Shown here: one piece after another, positions 9,866 through 20,220 of the stretch
Numbering within the stretch: the stretch's first letter is position 1
Layout: each line of letters starts with the position of its first letter
Assembly (NCBI GenBank): GCA_964521385.1
Contig: CAZFRU010000009.1
Location: 40,254 to 104,253 of the forward strand
Origin: an uncultured Gemmatimonadaceae bacterium
GTDB taxonomy: Bacteria; Gemmatimonadota; Gemmatimonadetes; Longimicrobiales; Gaopeijiaceae
Direction of reading: 5' to 3'
Length of the DNA: 64,000 nt
Position numbers and translations under genes: made by a program
Notes under the pieces: model-generated
What the model saw: only the letters and a program-made list of their open reading frames with translations
The model's database searches: none
What the model was told of the DNA's origin: nothing

Positions 9866-10714
9866 TCACGCCAGCGCGAATACCAGCGCGAACTGCACCG
9901 CCCGATAGAGCAGGTGCGCCACCCCGAGTCCGACGACCGCCACCGCCATGGTCGCCACGGCCCTCATCGCCCCCTGCTCATACGCCCGTCGCAGCGCCCG
10001 CCACCAGGCCACCACGATCAGGGCCAGCGCCACGAAGCCGATCCGGGGTTGGACCGCCGAGAGGAGTGGCAGTACGCGGGCCGCGGCGCCCAGGGCCGGG
10101 AGCAGCACCCAGGTGAGGAGCTGGGCCGCGAGCAGCGCGAACGCGAAGAGGTGCAGCGCGACCACGACGTGTTCGGCATAGGTCCAGCGACGACCGAGCA
10201 CCCCCAACATCAAGAACAACGCCAGCACGGGCACATGCACGATGATCAGTGTCTTCGACACCGTCGACGACTCACGGCCGAAACGCGCGGAATAGTCTTC
10301 GAACGAGATCCCCTCTGCCGCGAGCCGCTCCCCAACCTGTGACTGCGCCCAACCGCCGTAGAAGGGTTGACCGAAATGGTCTGAGAGATGCAGGTCGAAA
10401 TCGGTCATGGGCGGCGCCACGAAGAACAGCAGGTTGACCATCAAGAACAACGAGAACGGGCGCAGATAGCGCTGCCGTTGGCCGGCGAGCCAGGCCCTCG
10501 ACAGGGCTCCGGTGTCGGTGACGAGCAGACCGAGGCTGCGCGCCCAGCGACCTTCGAGACTGGTGAATGAAGCCAGCGCCTCGCCGACGAGGTGCTTCAG
10601 GCGCCGATCGTCGTCGCTCAGCCGACGTTGACCACAGGCATGGCAGTAGTCCCCGAGCAGGGCGGTACCGCATTCCGCACAGAGGGTGGGGTCGAAGATC
10701 GTTGCCGGTTCCAT
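9866..10714 (-). CDS. DUF3667 domain membrane protein
   Basis: CAECG..YCHACGQ zinc ribbon, GQRQRYLRPFSLFL, several TM helices. Confidence 0.85.
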   Translation of the reverse strand: MEPATIFDPTLCAECGTALLGDYCHACGQRRLSDDDRRLKHLVGEALASFTSLEGRWARSLGLLVTDTGALSRAWLAGQRQRYLRPFSLFLMVNLLFFVAPPMTDFDLHLSDHFGQPFYGGWAQSQVGERLAAEGISFEDYSARFGRESSTVSKTLIIVHVPVLALFLMLGVLGRRWTYAEHVVVALHLFAFALLAAQLLTWVLLPALGAAARVLPLLSAVQPRIGFVALALIVVAWWRALRRAYEQGAMRAVATMAVAVVGLGVAHLLYRAVQFALVFALA

Positions 10715-10799
10715 GCGCCATGATAGCCTGCAACACCCGGTCGTCGCCACGCAACGGCGCGACATGGCGGCGATGGCCCCGGCCGGCCAAATCGAGCCC

Positions 10800-12071
10800 T
10801 CACTGGGAATCGATCCGGTACCGCACGAGCCACGGCACCTCGAGCTCGTCAGGCACCACCGCCCAGAAGGTGTCGTCCCGGGCCCAACGTACCTGGAGAG
10901 TCGCCGGCAGGTCGAGCCGGCCGCGCGGACGACCGTCGGGGTCGAGCACCACCCACGTCGCCGTTCCGATCTCACGGTTCCCGGACAGGCGTAGCCAGAG
11001 GCTGCCGTCCCGCGCGAGCCAGGGATACTCCAGGGGAAGCTGCCAGGGCGGAAAGTCCATTTCGGCCCGAAGACGGTTGGCGATGACCTCCCAGTCGGGC
11101 GGCGGACCGCGTCCGGGAACATACGAGGCAAACCCCCCGGGCTCGCCTCGTGCCGCCCGGGCGGCGATCGAGTCGAGGTCGGCGTCGAGAAACGGCACGG
11201 GCTCGTACCCCAGGACAGTGGCATGGACCGTGTCGCCCGCCAGCCCCAGGCGAGTCACCGTCAGGACTGCTGCATCACCGGTGGTCGGCTGGGGGGTCTC
11301 CACCGCAAGGTACCCATCGTCGGTCGGAAGCCACGTCGGCAGGGTGGGCGCCGGCTGCGGAACCATGGTCGGGCGCCCCGAGATCTCGATCGTCTTGTAT
11401 TCCCCCACCTCTTCCGACGGAGGCCGCCACATGCGGGGGGGCGGTCGTGGCACCCAGCCAACCGTATCGATCACGGCCCCGGTGGCGTCGAAGGTCACGA
11501 TGGGCCACGGAATGCTGTCGTTGGGAGCGACACCAGTGGGAGCCGTGTCGCGGTTGTACGCCACCCGGTTGAAGAATCCCAGGAACCGGCCATCGGGACC
11601 CATCGCCTGCGGGAGTACGAAGCCGAAACCGGCCGGTAACGGGACCATGACCCCCTCGGTGCGACCGGTGGACAGCACTCGACCCCGACGGTCGAAGAGG
11701 GTGATCCGGCCGGTCGACTCCAGGGTCCAGACCGTGTCGCCCTTCACCCCGAAACGCGGCGCACCCTCGAACTCTCCCGGGCCCTGTCCACGCCGTCCGA
11801 TGCGCCACTCGAGATCGCCTGCCGGCCCCAGGACCCGGATCTCGGGCACCCCCAGCTCGAGCACGTAGACGTTACCGTCGTCATCGACGTCGACACTCCC
11901 GATGCGGGTGAAGCCCAGCTCGGGGTCCTCGAGGTGCCCCAGGCGCAGCTCCTCGTGGGCCTCGAGCTGCGGAAGGGCCTCCAGGCGAACGACCCGATCG
12001 GGCTCCGACGCCTCGTCGGCGCATGCGGAAACGAAGGCCAGGAGCAAGAAAAGGCGGCGACGGTGCGGCAT
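10800..12071 (-). CDS. 6-bladed beta-propeller lipoprotein
   Basis: Lipobox FVSAC; VDDDGNVYVL and IGRRGQGPGEF (NHL-like) motifs. Confidence 0.8.
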   Translation of the reverse strand: MPHRRRLFLLLAFVSACADEASEPDRVVRLEALPQLEAHEELRLGHLEDPELGFTRIGSVDVDDDGNVYVLELGVPEIRVLGPAGDLEWRIGRRGQGPGEFEGAPRFGVKGDTVWTLESTGRITLFDRRGRVLSTGRTEGVMVPLPAGFGFVLPQAMGPDGRFLGFFNRVAYNRDTAPTGVAPNDSIPWPIVTFDATGAVIDTVGWVPRPPPRMWRPPSEEVGEYKTIEISGRPTMVPQPAPTLPTWLPTDDGYLAVETPQPTTGDAAVLTVTRLGLAGDTVHATVLGYEPVPFLDADLDSIAARAARGEPGGFASYVPGRGPPPDWEVIANRLRAEMDFPPWQLPLEYPWLARDGSLWLRLSGNREIGTATWVVLDPDGRPRGRLDLPATLQVRWARDDTFWAVVPDELEVPWLVRYRIDSQ

Positions 12072-12257
12072 GGCACGACCTCCCTCCATCAGCTGTCGAA
12101 CGGCGTGGCGATTCTGCTGCGCACCCATCATACGAAGAGGGCGACCCGCTGCACCAGGCATTGCTCTCGCCCCCCGCCCGCTCGTACGCTTCCCGACGGT
12201 ACACGGGTCGGACCGTTCGGCCCGACCCTCCCCATTCCGGCCGAAGCGGTTCGCGAT

Positions 12258-13913
12258 ATGCGGCTCGAGTTGAATCGTCTGTTTGCCCGTCCCTGCACTT
12301 CCGGGCTCCTGGCCGGAACCCTGTTCTTTGCCCTTTCACTCACACCGAGCCTCGTGCCGCGCCCCTTCGCGCTGCAGGGACTGGTATCGGCGGTGTCGTT
12401 TACCGTGGGCTATGCGGGTGGAGTGTTCGGACGATGGCTCTGGGACTACCTCGAGCTGCCGAAGCCGGATGAACGGACAGCTCGCTGGGTCTGGAGGTTC
12501 GCGGTGGGTTCCTGCCTGCTGGTGGCGACCGTCTTTCTCTGGAAGGCCGCAGGGTGGCAGACCTCGATTCGAGCGCTGATGGGAATGGAAGAAGAGGCGC
12601 AGGTGCAGCGGCTCGGGGTGGGACTCGTGACCCTTGGCGTCTTCAGTGTGGTGCTCCTGGTGGCCCGGTTCTTTCGGGAGCTGGCGCGGGCCATCTCCCG
12701 GCGGCTCCAGAACTCGATTCCCCGGCGGGTGGCGAACGTCGTGGGGGCGGCCCTGGCCGCGAGCCTCTTCTGGACCCTGGCCGAGGGCGCCGTCGTAACC
12801 GGTGCGCTGCGCATGGCCGAAAGCTCGTACCGAGCTCTCGACGACCTGGTCGGAGACGACCTGGAGCCCCCCACCAGCGCCGCAAGAAGCGGGAGCCCCG
12901 AGTCGCTGGTCAGTTGGAGCGAGTTGGGCCGCCAGGGCCGCTCCTTCGTCTCGGCCGGCCCTTCGGCCGAGGAGATCTCGGAGCTTTCGGGCACGCCCGC
13001 GATGGAACCGATCCGTCTCTACGTGGGCCTCCAGGCCGTCGACACGCCGGAACAGGGCGCCCGACTGGCACTCGAAGAACTGCTGCGCGCCGGGGCCTTC
13101 GAGCGTTCGGTCCTGGTCCTCGTGACACCGACCGGCACCGGGTGGGTCGATCCCGGTGCGATCACCCCCGTCGAGTACCTCTTCCGGGGTGATGTCGCCT
13201 CCGTCGCCGTCCAGTATTCCTACCTGCCCAGCGCCCTCGCCCTTCTGGCCGAGGCGGCGTACGGAGCCGAGACCGCCCGGGCGGTCTTCCTCGAAGTGTA
13301 CGGCTACTGGTCCTCCCTGCCCGCGGACGCGCGCCCCTCTCTCTACCTGCAGGGAGTCAGTCTCGGGGCCCTCAACTCGAGTCTCTCGTTCGACCTCCAG
13401 GACATCCTGGCCGATCCCTTCGACGGGGTGCTCTGGAGCGGCCCACCCTTCCGGACCGAGGCGTGGGCGCGCGCCACACGCGACCGGGACGCCGGCTCGC
13501 CCGCCTGGTTGCCTCGCTACCGCGACGGACGCGTCGTCCGCTTCATGAACCAGCAGGGTGGATTCGAGCGTTCCGAGCGGCCGTGGGCGCCCCTGCGCAT
13601 CGGTTACCTGCAGCACGCGAGCGATCCCATCACCTTCTTCAGCGTCGACGCATTCTACCGGCAGCCGGAGTGGATGGCCGAGCCGCGTGGCCCCGATGTG
13701 ACCCCCCAGCTGCGCTGGTACCCTGTGGTGACGGGGGTTCAACTCGCTGCAGATATGTTCGTTGGTAGCGCACCGCCGGGGTTCGGCCACTCGTTTTCCG
13801 TCGCGCACTATCTGGACGCATGGCGGGCCCTCACCGAACCCGAGGGGTGGAACGACGATCAGCTGACGCGTCTGCGCCGATTCCTGCTGGATCGGGAAGG
13901 CGCGGGCTCCTGA
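12258..13913 (+). CDS. Membrane alpha/beta-hydrolase (Abhydrolase_9 family)
   Basis: SLTPSLVPR, LGRQGRSFV, PTGTGWVD, QYSYLPS, GVSLG, QHASDPI. Confidence 0.88.
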   Translation: MRLELNRLFARPCTSGLLAGTLFFALSLTPSLVPRPFALQGLVSAVSFTVGYAGGVFGRWLWDYLELPKPDERTARWVWRFAVGSCLLVATVFLWKAAGWQTSIRALMGMEEEAQVQRLGVGLVTLGVFSVVLLVARFFRELARAISRRLQNSIPRRVANVVGAALAASLFWTLAEGAVVTGALRMAESSYRALDDLVGDDLEPPTSAARSGSPESLVSWSELGRQGRSFVSAGPSAEEISELSGTPAMEPIRLYVGLQAVDTPEQGARLALEELLRAGAFERSVLVLVTPTGTGWVDPGAITPVEYLFRGDVASVAVQYSYLPSALALLAEAAYGAETARAVFLEVYGYWSSLPADARPSLYLQGVSLGALNSSLSFDLQDILADPFDGVLWSGPPFRTEAWARATRDRDAGSPAWLPRYRDGRVVRFMNQQGGFERSERPWAPLRIGYLQHASDPITFFSVDAFYRQPEWMAEPRGPDVTPQLRWYPVVTGVQLAADMFVGSAPPGFGHSFSVAHYLDAWRALTEPEGWNDDQLTRLRRFLLDREGAGS

Positions 13914-13990
13914 CCCAGGTCGATGCAGCTCGCGTCCCGCACCACCGAGCGCTCGGTCATTCCTTGCGGGCAGCCGCCGCGCCATCGACC

Positions 13991-15589
13991 ATGAGGCCCA
14001 TGACCATCCATTGGGGCATCGACCTCGGCACCTCCAACACCACGATCTGCGAGGATCGCTCGGGCAGCCCCCGCATCGTCAACCTGCCGGGGCTGGCCAA
14101 GCTCGAGCCGCTGACCCAGACCCCGGTGGTGCTGTCGTGCGTGTGCATCCTCGATCGCGAAGCCCGCAGCGTCCTGATCGGTCAAGCCGCGGTCGACTAC
14201 AACTGGGACGGCCGAGCCGAAGGGTGGGCCACGGGGTTCAAGCGCCACCTCGGGCGTGAGCATCAGCGCACGGTAGCGCGGGTCGGGGGGCGCACCTTCA
14301 CGGTCCGGGACGCGACGCGCCTGTACTTCAGGGAACTGGTCGCAGCTCTCGAGCAGCAGGCGGGCCACCGGGTCACCGACGTCACGGTGGCGGTACCGTG
14401 CGACGCCTTCGAGACCTACCGAGCCGAACTCCGGGGGGTGTTCGAGGCGCTCGACCGGCGCCCCTGGTTGCGACGGATATGGGACCGCGTGCGGGGCCAC
14501 GACGGCAGTATCCGGCTGCGGATGCTGGACGAGCCGGTGGCTGCGGCGCTCGGCTACGGCGTCGATCTCACCCGGCCCGCGACGCTGGTGGCCCTGGACT
14601 TCGGGGCCGGCACCCTGGAGGCGGCGCTCGTGCGCACCGCCGAGGGATCGGCGGCCCAGACCGGACAGGCCGACGTACTCGCCAAACAGGGCGTGGCGCT
14701 CGGGGGCGACGATGTCGATCAATGGATCCTCGAGGCGCTGGTGCCCCGGGCCCTGCACGACTGGCCCGAATGGCAGGTGGCCCTGCGCTGGGAGGCCGAA
14801 CGAACGAAACTGCTCGCCAGCGCTGGACAGACCGCCTCCTTCACCTTTCGCAACGAGACCTGGGGCACCCTCGACCACGCCGGGCTCGAACGAATCCTGA
14901 TCGAACACGGAGTCCACGACGCGGTGCGCGTCCTGCTCGGCCGCCTCATGGACGAGGCGCGCCAACGTCACGGAGTCGAGGTGGCCGACATCGACGACGT
15001 CTTGCTCGAAGGAGGGTCCACCCTGCTACCGGGAATCCGGACGGTGGTGGGCGAGACCTTCGGCCGCGACCGCGTACGCGAATGGCTCCCCTTCGAGAGC
15101 GTGGCGCGCGGCGCCTGCATCTTCGCCGGGGGCACCCGCGTCGATGACTTCATCTATCATGACTACGGCATACGTGTACGGCGCGACGACGGGGGTGAGG
15201 AATACGAACTCCTGATCGAGAGCGGCACCCGCTTTCCCACCGCCGACGACCATGCTGTGCGATACTACGCCCCGGGCTTCGACGGACAGAAGTCCCTCAA
15301 TCTCTTCGTCTGTGAGGTGGGCCGCATCGCGGGCCAATCGGTGGCGTGGCAGCCTCGGCCCAACGGCAACCGGTACTTTCGGCCCACGACCGACGGGCAG
15401 CGCGCCTTCTGCCCCTGTCTCAACGAGGCCGACCCCGCACTCCCCCTCGACCCGCCGGGTCGGGGCACGGGCCCGCGACTGCGTGTCGCGTTCATGGTCG
15501 ACGCCGATCGCTGGTTGTGCGCCACGGTGCATGATCTCCAGAAGAAGTCCGACCTTCTCGTGCGCAAGCCCGTGGTGAGATTGCTGTGA
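13991..15589 (+). CDS. Atypical Hsp70-family protein
   Basis: GIDLGTSN, LDEPVAAALGYG, DFGAGTLE, LGGDDVD, LEGGST, SVARGA; short non-canonical C-terminal domain. Confidence 0.88.
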   Translation: MRPMTIHWGIDLGTSNTTICEDRSGSPRIVNLPGLAKLEPLTQTPVVLSCVCILDREARSVLIGQAAVDYNWDGRAEGWATGFKRHLGREHQRTVARVGGRTFTVRDATRLYFRELVAALEQQAGHRVTDVTVAVPCDAFETYRAELRGVFEALDRRPWLRRIWDRVRGHDGSIRLRMLDEPVAAALGYGVDLTRPATLVALDFGAGTLEAALVRTAEGSAAQTGQADVLAKQGVALGGDDVDQWILEALVPRALHDWPEWQVALRWEAERTKLLASAGQTASFTFRNETWGTLDHAGLERILIEHGVHDAVRVLLGRLMDEARQRHGVEVADIDDVLLEGGSTLLPGIRTVVGETFGRDRVREWLPFESVARGACIFAGGTRVDDFIYHDYGIRVRRDDGGEEYELLIESGTRFPTADDHAVRYYAPGFDGQKSLNLFVCEVGRIAGQSVAWQPRPNGNRYFRPTTDGQRAFCPCLNEADPALPLDPPGRGTGPRLRVAFMVDADRWLCATVHDLQKKSDLLVRKPVVRLL

Positions 15590-16905
15590 AGTCGAAGCTC
15601 CAGGGCATACGCGACGGCGAGGCGGTGGTGGTCGCATGGCGAATGGCGGCGCACACCACGGGGGGCGAATTCGCGCAGGTGATGAGTTCGAACCACCCCA
15701 TCGTGCAGGTCAGGGGCGACGACGGGATCGTCACGCTCGAGCTCGCACACGGCCAGAGCGGGTTCGTGACCCGCGTGCGGGCGCCGTTCCACAACCCCCT
15801 GCGGGTAAGCCTGGGCGTGCGTGGTGCGAAGTGGCTGACGTCGTTCCTCAAGGCGATGGGCTTCGTACAGGACATCGCGCTCGGGCACGCCGACTTCGAT
15901 CGGCGATTCGTGGTGAAGGGGTTTCCCCGGGCCCGGGTGCTCGAGCTCCTGGCCCCACCTGTCGCCGACCTGATCCTGGCGCAGCCCTCCCTGGACCTTC
16001 GTGTCGAGCGCCAGTCGCTCGAGATGCACTATCCGGCGGGGGTGTCGGAACTCGTCCTGCAACACGCGACGGTGGTGCGACGGGTCGACGAGCTCGTGGG
16101 CATGATCCGCATCGCCCAGGCGCTCCTCTCCCGCCTCGATCCCCTGGGAGGCAACGCAGACGAAGCCGATGCCGACCGGCTGATCGGACGGTTGGTCCGG
16201 TCGGGGGGCACGTTGAGCAATCCGTGGACGAACACTCTGCTCTGGGACGGCCGACCGGCTCGGCACGATGCCGCTCGGCAACTGGGCGCGCGGGGTGACC
16301 CCGAGGCGGTGCCGCCCCTCATATCGGTGCTCGACGATCCGGACCACACCCTGGTGGTCGAGGCGATCCGGGCCCTGGCCACCCTCGGTGACGCGCGGGC
16401 GATCGCCCCTCTCATCGCACTGCTGGCGCGACGCGGCGACCTGGTCGACGAGCTTTCGCTGGCGGAGCACGCCGGACGGGCGTTGACGGCGCTCGGTCAG
16501 GACTCTCTGGTCGAGTCGGTCGAGCGTGCGCTCGCAGGCGACACGGTCGGACTCGAACAGTCCATCGCACCCTACCGCGCGGAAGTGATACAGGTCCTTC
16601 TGGCTGTCCTGGACTCGTACGACATCGAAGCCCGCGTCGAGGCCGCCACGGCCCTGGGGGTCGTGGGTGCGCACGAAGCGGTTCCACTGCTGCGTGAAAA
16701 GACGAAGGCCATGGGACTCCGCACCCGGCTCAGCGGGGCGGCCAGCGCTGCGCTGGAGCGAATCGAGGCGAGAGCCAGTCTGCCCCGCCCCGCCGTAGGC
16801 GCGCCTCAACCCCCCGACACCCTGCCCCGAGCCGCTCGCGAAGGCGGCGGCGCCCCGGCTCGCGATGCGCTCCCGCGGGCTGCTCGACGTGAAGGCGAAC
16901 CCTGA
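15586..16905 (+). CDS. HEAT/PBS-lyase repeat protein
   Basis: Repeats AARQLGARGDPEAVPPLI, AIRALATLGDARAIAPLI, AATALGVVGAHEAVPLL; GTGA overlap with the Hsp70 gene. Confidence 0.82.
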   Translation: MKSKLQGIRDGEAVVVAWRMAAHTTGGEFAQVMSSNHPIVQVRGDDGIVTLELAHGQSGFVTRVRAPFHNPLRVSLGVRGAKWLTSFLKAMGFVQDIALGHADFDRRFVVKGFPRARVLELLAPPVADLILAQPSLDLRVERQSLEMHYPAGVSELVLQHATVVRRVDELVGMIRIAQALLSRLDPLGGNADEADADRLIGRLVRSGGTLSNPWTNTLLWDGRPARHDAARQLGARGDPEAVPPLISVLDDPDHTLVVEAIRALATLGDARAIAPLIALLARRGDLVDELSLAEHAGRALTALGQDSLVESVERALAGDTVGLEQSIAPYRAEVIQVLLAVLDSYDIEARVEAATALGVVGAHEAVPLLREKTKAMGLRTRLSGAASAALERIEARASLPRPAVGAPQPPDTLPRAAREGGGAPARDALPRAARREGEP

Positions 16906-16927
16906 TTCCCGGCACGAGGACCACACG

Positions 16928-18415
16928 ATGACCTACCAGCTCGCGATTGCGACCGTCGCGCTCATGACGCTGGCGCCCGCGACGGGCACGGCGGCGCAGC
17001 GACCCGATCCCTCCACGATGATCGCGCGCATCGAGGCCCCTCAGCCCGGGCGCGGCGACGATCCGCTGGCCGCGCTCACCCTCACCCAACTCATGGAACG
17101 TTTTCATGTGCCCGGCCTCAGCGTCGCCGTCATCTACGATTTCGACGTGCATTGGGCCAGGGGATACGGTACGGCCGACGTCGAGACCGGTGCCCCGGTC
17201 GACACCGAGACCATGTTCCAGGCGGCGTCGATCAGCAAGCCGGTGGCGGCCATGGCATCGCTCAAGGCGGTCGAGGACGGGCTCTTCGGCCTCGACGACG
17301 ACATCAACGACATCCTCACCTCATGGACGCTCGACGGAGGTGAGTTCACGGCCGAACAGCCGGTCACCCCCCGCACCCTGTTGAGCCACACCTCGGGCCT
17401 GGGCGACGCATTCGGATTTCCGGGCTATGAACCGGACGCCCGCATGCCGACCGTGGTGCAGATCTTCGACGGACATCCGTGGTCCAATGTCGGGCCGCTC
17501 TTCATGGAGCGGAGGCCGTGGCAGGCCTTCGAGTATTCCGGTGGCGGGGCGATCCTCATGCAGCAGGCACTCTCCGACGCCCGTGGCCGGCCGTTCGTCG
17601 ACATCATGCGCGACGACGTGCTGGCCCCCCTGGACATGACGCGCAGCTCGTTCGAGCAGCCCATCTCTCCCGAGCACGACCACAACGCTGCTCGCGCTCA
17701 CGACTCCGAAGGCACCTCCCGGGGACCGAAGTGGCACGTGTATCCAGAGCAGGCCGCTGCGGGGCTCTGGACCACGCCCACCGACCTCGCGCGCTTCGCC
17801 ATCGAGGTTCAGAAATCGGCTCGCGGCGAGTCGAATCGGGTGCTGTCGCGCGCCACCGTACGGGAGATGTTGACCCCGGTGGGTGTTGGCGACTTCGCAG
17901 TCGGATTCGGTCTATCGAAGATGGGTGAAGGCTGGTATTTCCAGCATAGCGGCGCCAACTGGGGATTCCGCGGCAACCTGGTCGCACATCTGGTCAAGGG
18001 ATACGGCATGGCCATCCTCACCAATGCCGACGGGGGCGGAGCCCTGGCCAACGAAGTGGGTCGGCGCATCCAGACCGCGTACGAATGGGATTCCATGGCC
18101 GCCCCCGTGCCGCGTGGATACGCCCCACCCGTGGAGCGCACGAAGATCGACGTGGCTCGCGAGACCCTGGTCACCTACGTTGGTACCTATCGACTCGACG
18201 AAGTGACACAACTGGTGGTCACCCTCGAAGACGACGGCCTCTACCTCGAGCCGACCGGTCAGGGCCGCTTCGCCCTCTTCGCGGAATCCGAGCAGAAGTT
18301 CTTTCTCGAGGTGGTCGACGCGCAGATCACCTTCACCCACAACGAAGAAGGGGCGGTCGACGGGCTGATTCTGCATCAGGCGGGGCGCAACGCCGCCGCG
18401 GTCAAGGTGCGGTAG
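16928..18415 (+). CDS. Exported serine hydrolase (S12 family, DUF3471-like C-terminus)
   Basis: Signal peptide; AASISKP, LLSHTSG, YSGGG, HSG. Confidence 0.9.
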   Translation: MTYQLAIATVALMTLAPATGTAAQRPDPSTMIARIEAPQPGRGDDPLAALTLTQLMERFHVPGLSVAVIYDFDVHWARGYGTADVETGAPVDTETMFQAASISKPVAAMASLKAVEDGLFGLDDDINDILTSWTLDGGEFTAEQPVTPRTLLSHTSGLGDAFGFPGYEPDARMPTVVQIFDGHPWSNVGPLFMERRPWQAFEYSGGGAILMQQALSDARGRPFVDIMRDDVLAPLDMTRSSFEQPISPEHDHNAARAHDSEGTSRGPKWHVYPEQAAAGLWTTPTDLARFAIEVQKSARGESNRVLSRATVREMLTPVGVGDFAVGFGLSKMGEGWYFQHSGANWGFRGNLVAHLVKGYGMAILTNADGGGALANEVGRRIQTAYEWDSMAAPVPRGYAPPVERTKIDVARETLVTYVGTYRLDEVTQLVVTLEDDGLYLEPTGQGRFALFAESEQKFFLEVVDAQITFTHNEEGAVDGLILHQAGRNAAAVKVR

Positions 18416-18431
18416 ACTCGGGGCCTCCCGC

Positions 18432-19976
18432 TTAGCCCCCGCTCACAGTAGCGCGGGGGATCCGCTCATCGCGCATCGCAGCGTGCCAGGCAAAGGTGGC
18501 CATCACGATGGCCGACTGCCTGAGTTCCTCTTCCGACATGCGTTCGGGAAAGTCGACATTGGTGTGGCGCGTACGCTCGTCGTAGGCGTCGAAGTCCTTG
18601 ATGACGTTGAACCCGGGTACGCCGACATCATTGAAGGCAACATGGTCGGTGCTGCCGATGCCTTCGATGATGTTGCGGGTCACGCCCAGGTGGGCCAGCG
18701 GTTCGAGCCAGGCGTCGAAGATGGCCTTGGCTGCGACGTTGCCCTGCATGTAGAACCCGAGCGACGCGCCGCTTCCCGGATCGTCGTTGAGGTAGACCGA
18801 GTGCAGGTCACGGGCCGCCGTATCGGTCAGGTGCCGGGCCACGTACGCCCGGGCCCCCAGCAACCCCTGCTCTTCACCGGCCCAGAGAGCCACCCGGATG
18901 GTGCGCCGCGGCTGTGCGCCCACCGCGGCCAGGATCCGCATCGCCTCCATCACGGCTACCGCTCCGTCGCCGTTGTCGGTGGCGCCGTTGGCGGAGTGCC
19001 ACGAATCGAGGTGCGCGCCCACCAGCACGATCTCGTCGCGCAACTCCGGGTCCGTCCCCGGAATCTCGGCCAGCACGTTGAAGGTGCGCGGGTCGTCTTC
19101 ATGGTACTGCGTGCGTAGCTCGATGCGGAGCTCGACCGGCAGTCCCTGAGCCGCCATACGCGCCATCATGTTGTAGTGCTCGGCCGCCACGACGATCGAG
19201 GGGACTGCCTCGTCAGACGTGTTGCGGTTGCCCAGGACACCCACGGTTCCGTCGCGATACGGGTTGGGCCGTAGCACCACCGCAGCACCGGCCGCTTCCA
19301 GCAGTGACGCCAACTCACGCGACGGAGTGGTGCTTCTCACCGCCACACGCTGCGGGTTGCCCGTCTGCACCGGGGCGTCGTCGAGCCCGGGCTGCGGACG
19401 ATCGCCCTCGATGAAGTCGTCCTGAGGCAGGTGCGTGAGCACGATGGCGCCACGCAGCCGACTCCCCATCGCCTCGATCTCGTCGGCCGTCTTGTCTCCG
19501 ACATAGACCACGCGTCCGGACACGACGCCGGGCAGCGTCGGAGTCCACGCTTCGGGAAACGCGATCAGCGGTAGGTACCGGGGTGCGGTCATCTCGATCG
19601 TGAATTTCTCGAGCGACCACCCCCGGCCAAAATCAAAAGCTTCGAGGCGAGACTCTGCAAGCCCCCACTCCCGGAACCGATCGCGGGCCCACCCGGCGGC
19701 CTGGGTGTACGATGGCGCTCCGGTGAGCCGACCGCCGATCTCGTCGGTCAGGGTGTGGAAGAGCGAAAGAGCCTGGGAGCGCTCGAGACCCTCCTGCTCG
19801 ATGCGCTGGATCATGGCACGGTCGATCGGCTCCTGGACCGCGGCGGAGGCGCCGCTCGACACCATCAGCAGCAGCGCCGCGCCAACGAGAGCTACGCCCG
19901 AGGGTGCCGGGCCGCGGGAGGGAGCGGCCGGGATCCGACGCATGTGGCCGGTCAGCGGCCGGGGGATACTCGACAT
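18432..19976 (-). CDS. M28/M20 family metallopeptidase (carboxypeptidase Q-like)
   Basis: GAHLDSW, GATDNG, GEEQGL, GSTDH, HTNVD; signal peptide. Confidence 0.88.
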   Translation of the reverse strand: MSSIPRPLTGHMRRIPAAPSRGPAPSGVALVGAALLLMVSSGASAAVQEPIDRAMIQRIEQEGLERSQALSLFHTLTDEIGGRLTGAPSYTQAAGWARDRFREWGLAESRLEAFDFGRGWSLEKFTIEMTAPRYLPLIAFPEAWTPTLPGVVSGRVVYVGDKTADEIEAMGSRLRGAIVLTHLPQDDFIEGDRPQPGLDDAPVQTGNPQRVAVRSTTPSRELASLLEAAGAAVVLRPNPYRDGTVGVLGNRNTSDEAVPSIVVAAEHYNMMARMAAQGLPVELRIELRTQYHEDDPRTFNVLAEIPGTDPELRDEIVLVGAHLDSWHSANGATDNGDGAVAVMEAMRILAAVGAQPRRTIRVALWAGEEQGLLGARAYVARHLTDTAARDLHSVYLNDDPGSGASLGFYMQGNVAAKAIFDAWLEPLAHLGVTRNIIEGIGSTDHVAFNDVGVPGFNVIKDFDAYDERTRHTNVDFPERMSEEELRQSAIVMATFAWHAAMRDERIPRATVSGG

Positions 19977-20220
19977 GAAGGCTCCGAGCGGGGGTGGCAG
20001 GCGTAGGGTGACCGCGAATGGTCGAACGCGGTACCTGCGCTGCTCCGACAGTATGGCCATCCCCGTCCGTCGGCCACCTCGTGCGGCAGGGGCCGGCGCG
20101 GGGCTACGCCAGCGAGGATCGAGCTCGCCCCCGAGTCTGTCGCCCTCGCTCCACGCTACCCTACCTTGTGGCCGGAGGTGCGGGCCGCCTCCACACGACG
20201 ACCCCAACCGGAGCCGAAGC

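Noticed and set aside
13991..15589. Housekeeping dnaK
   Set aside because: Lacks the canonical linker, substrate-binding domain and lid; no dnaJ or grpE nearby.
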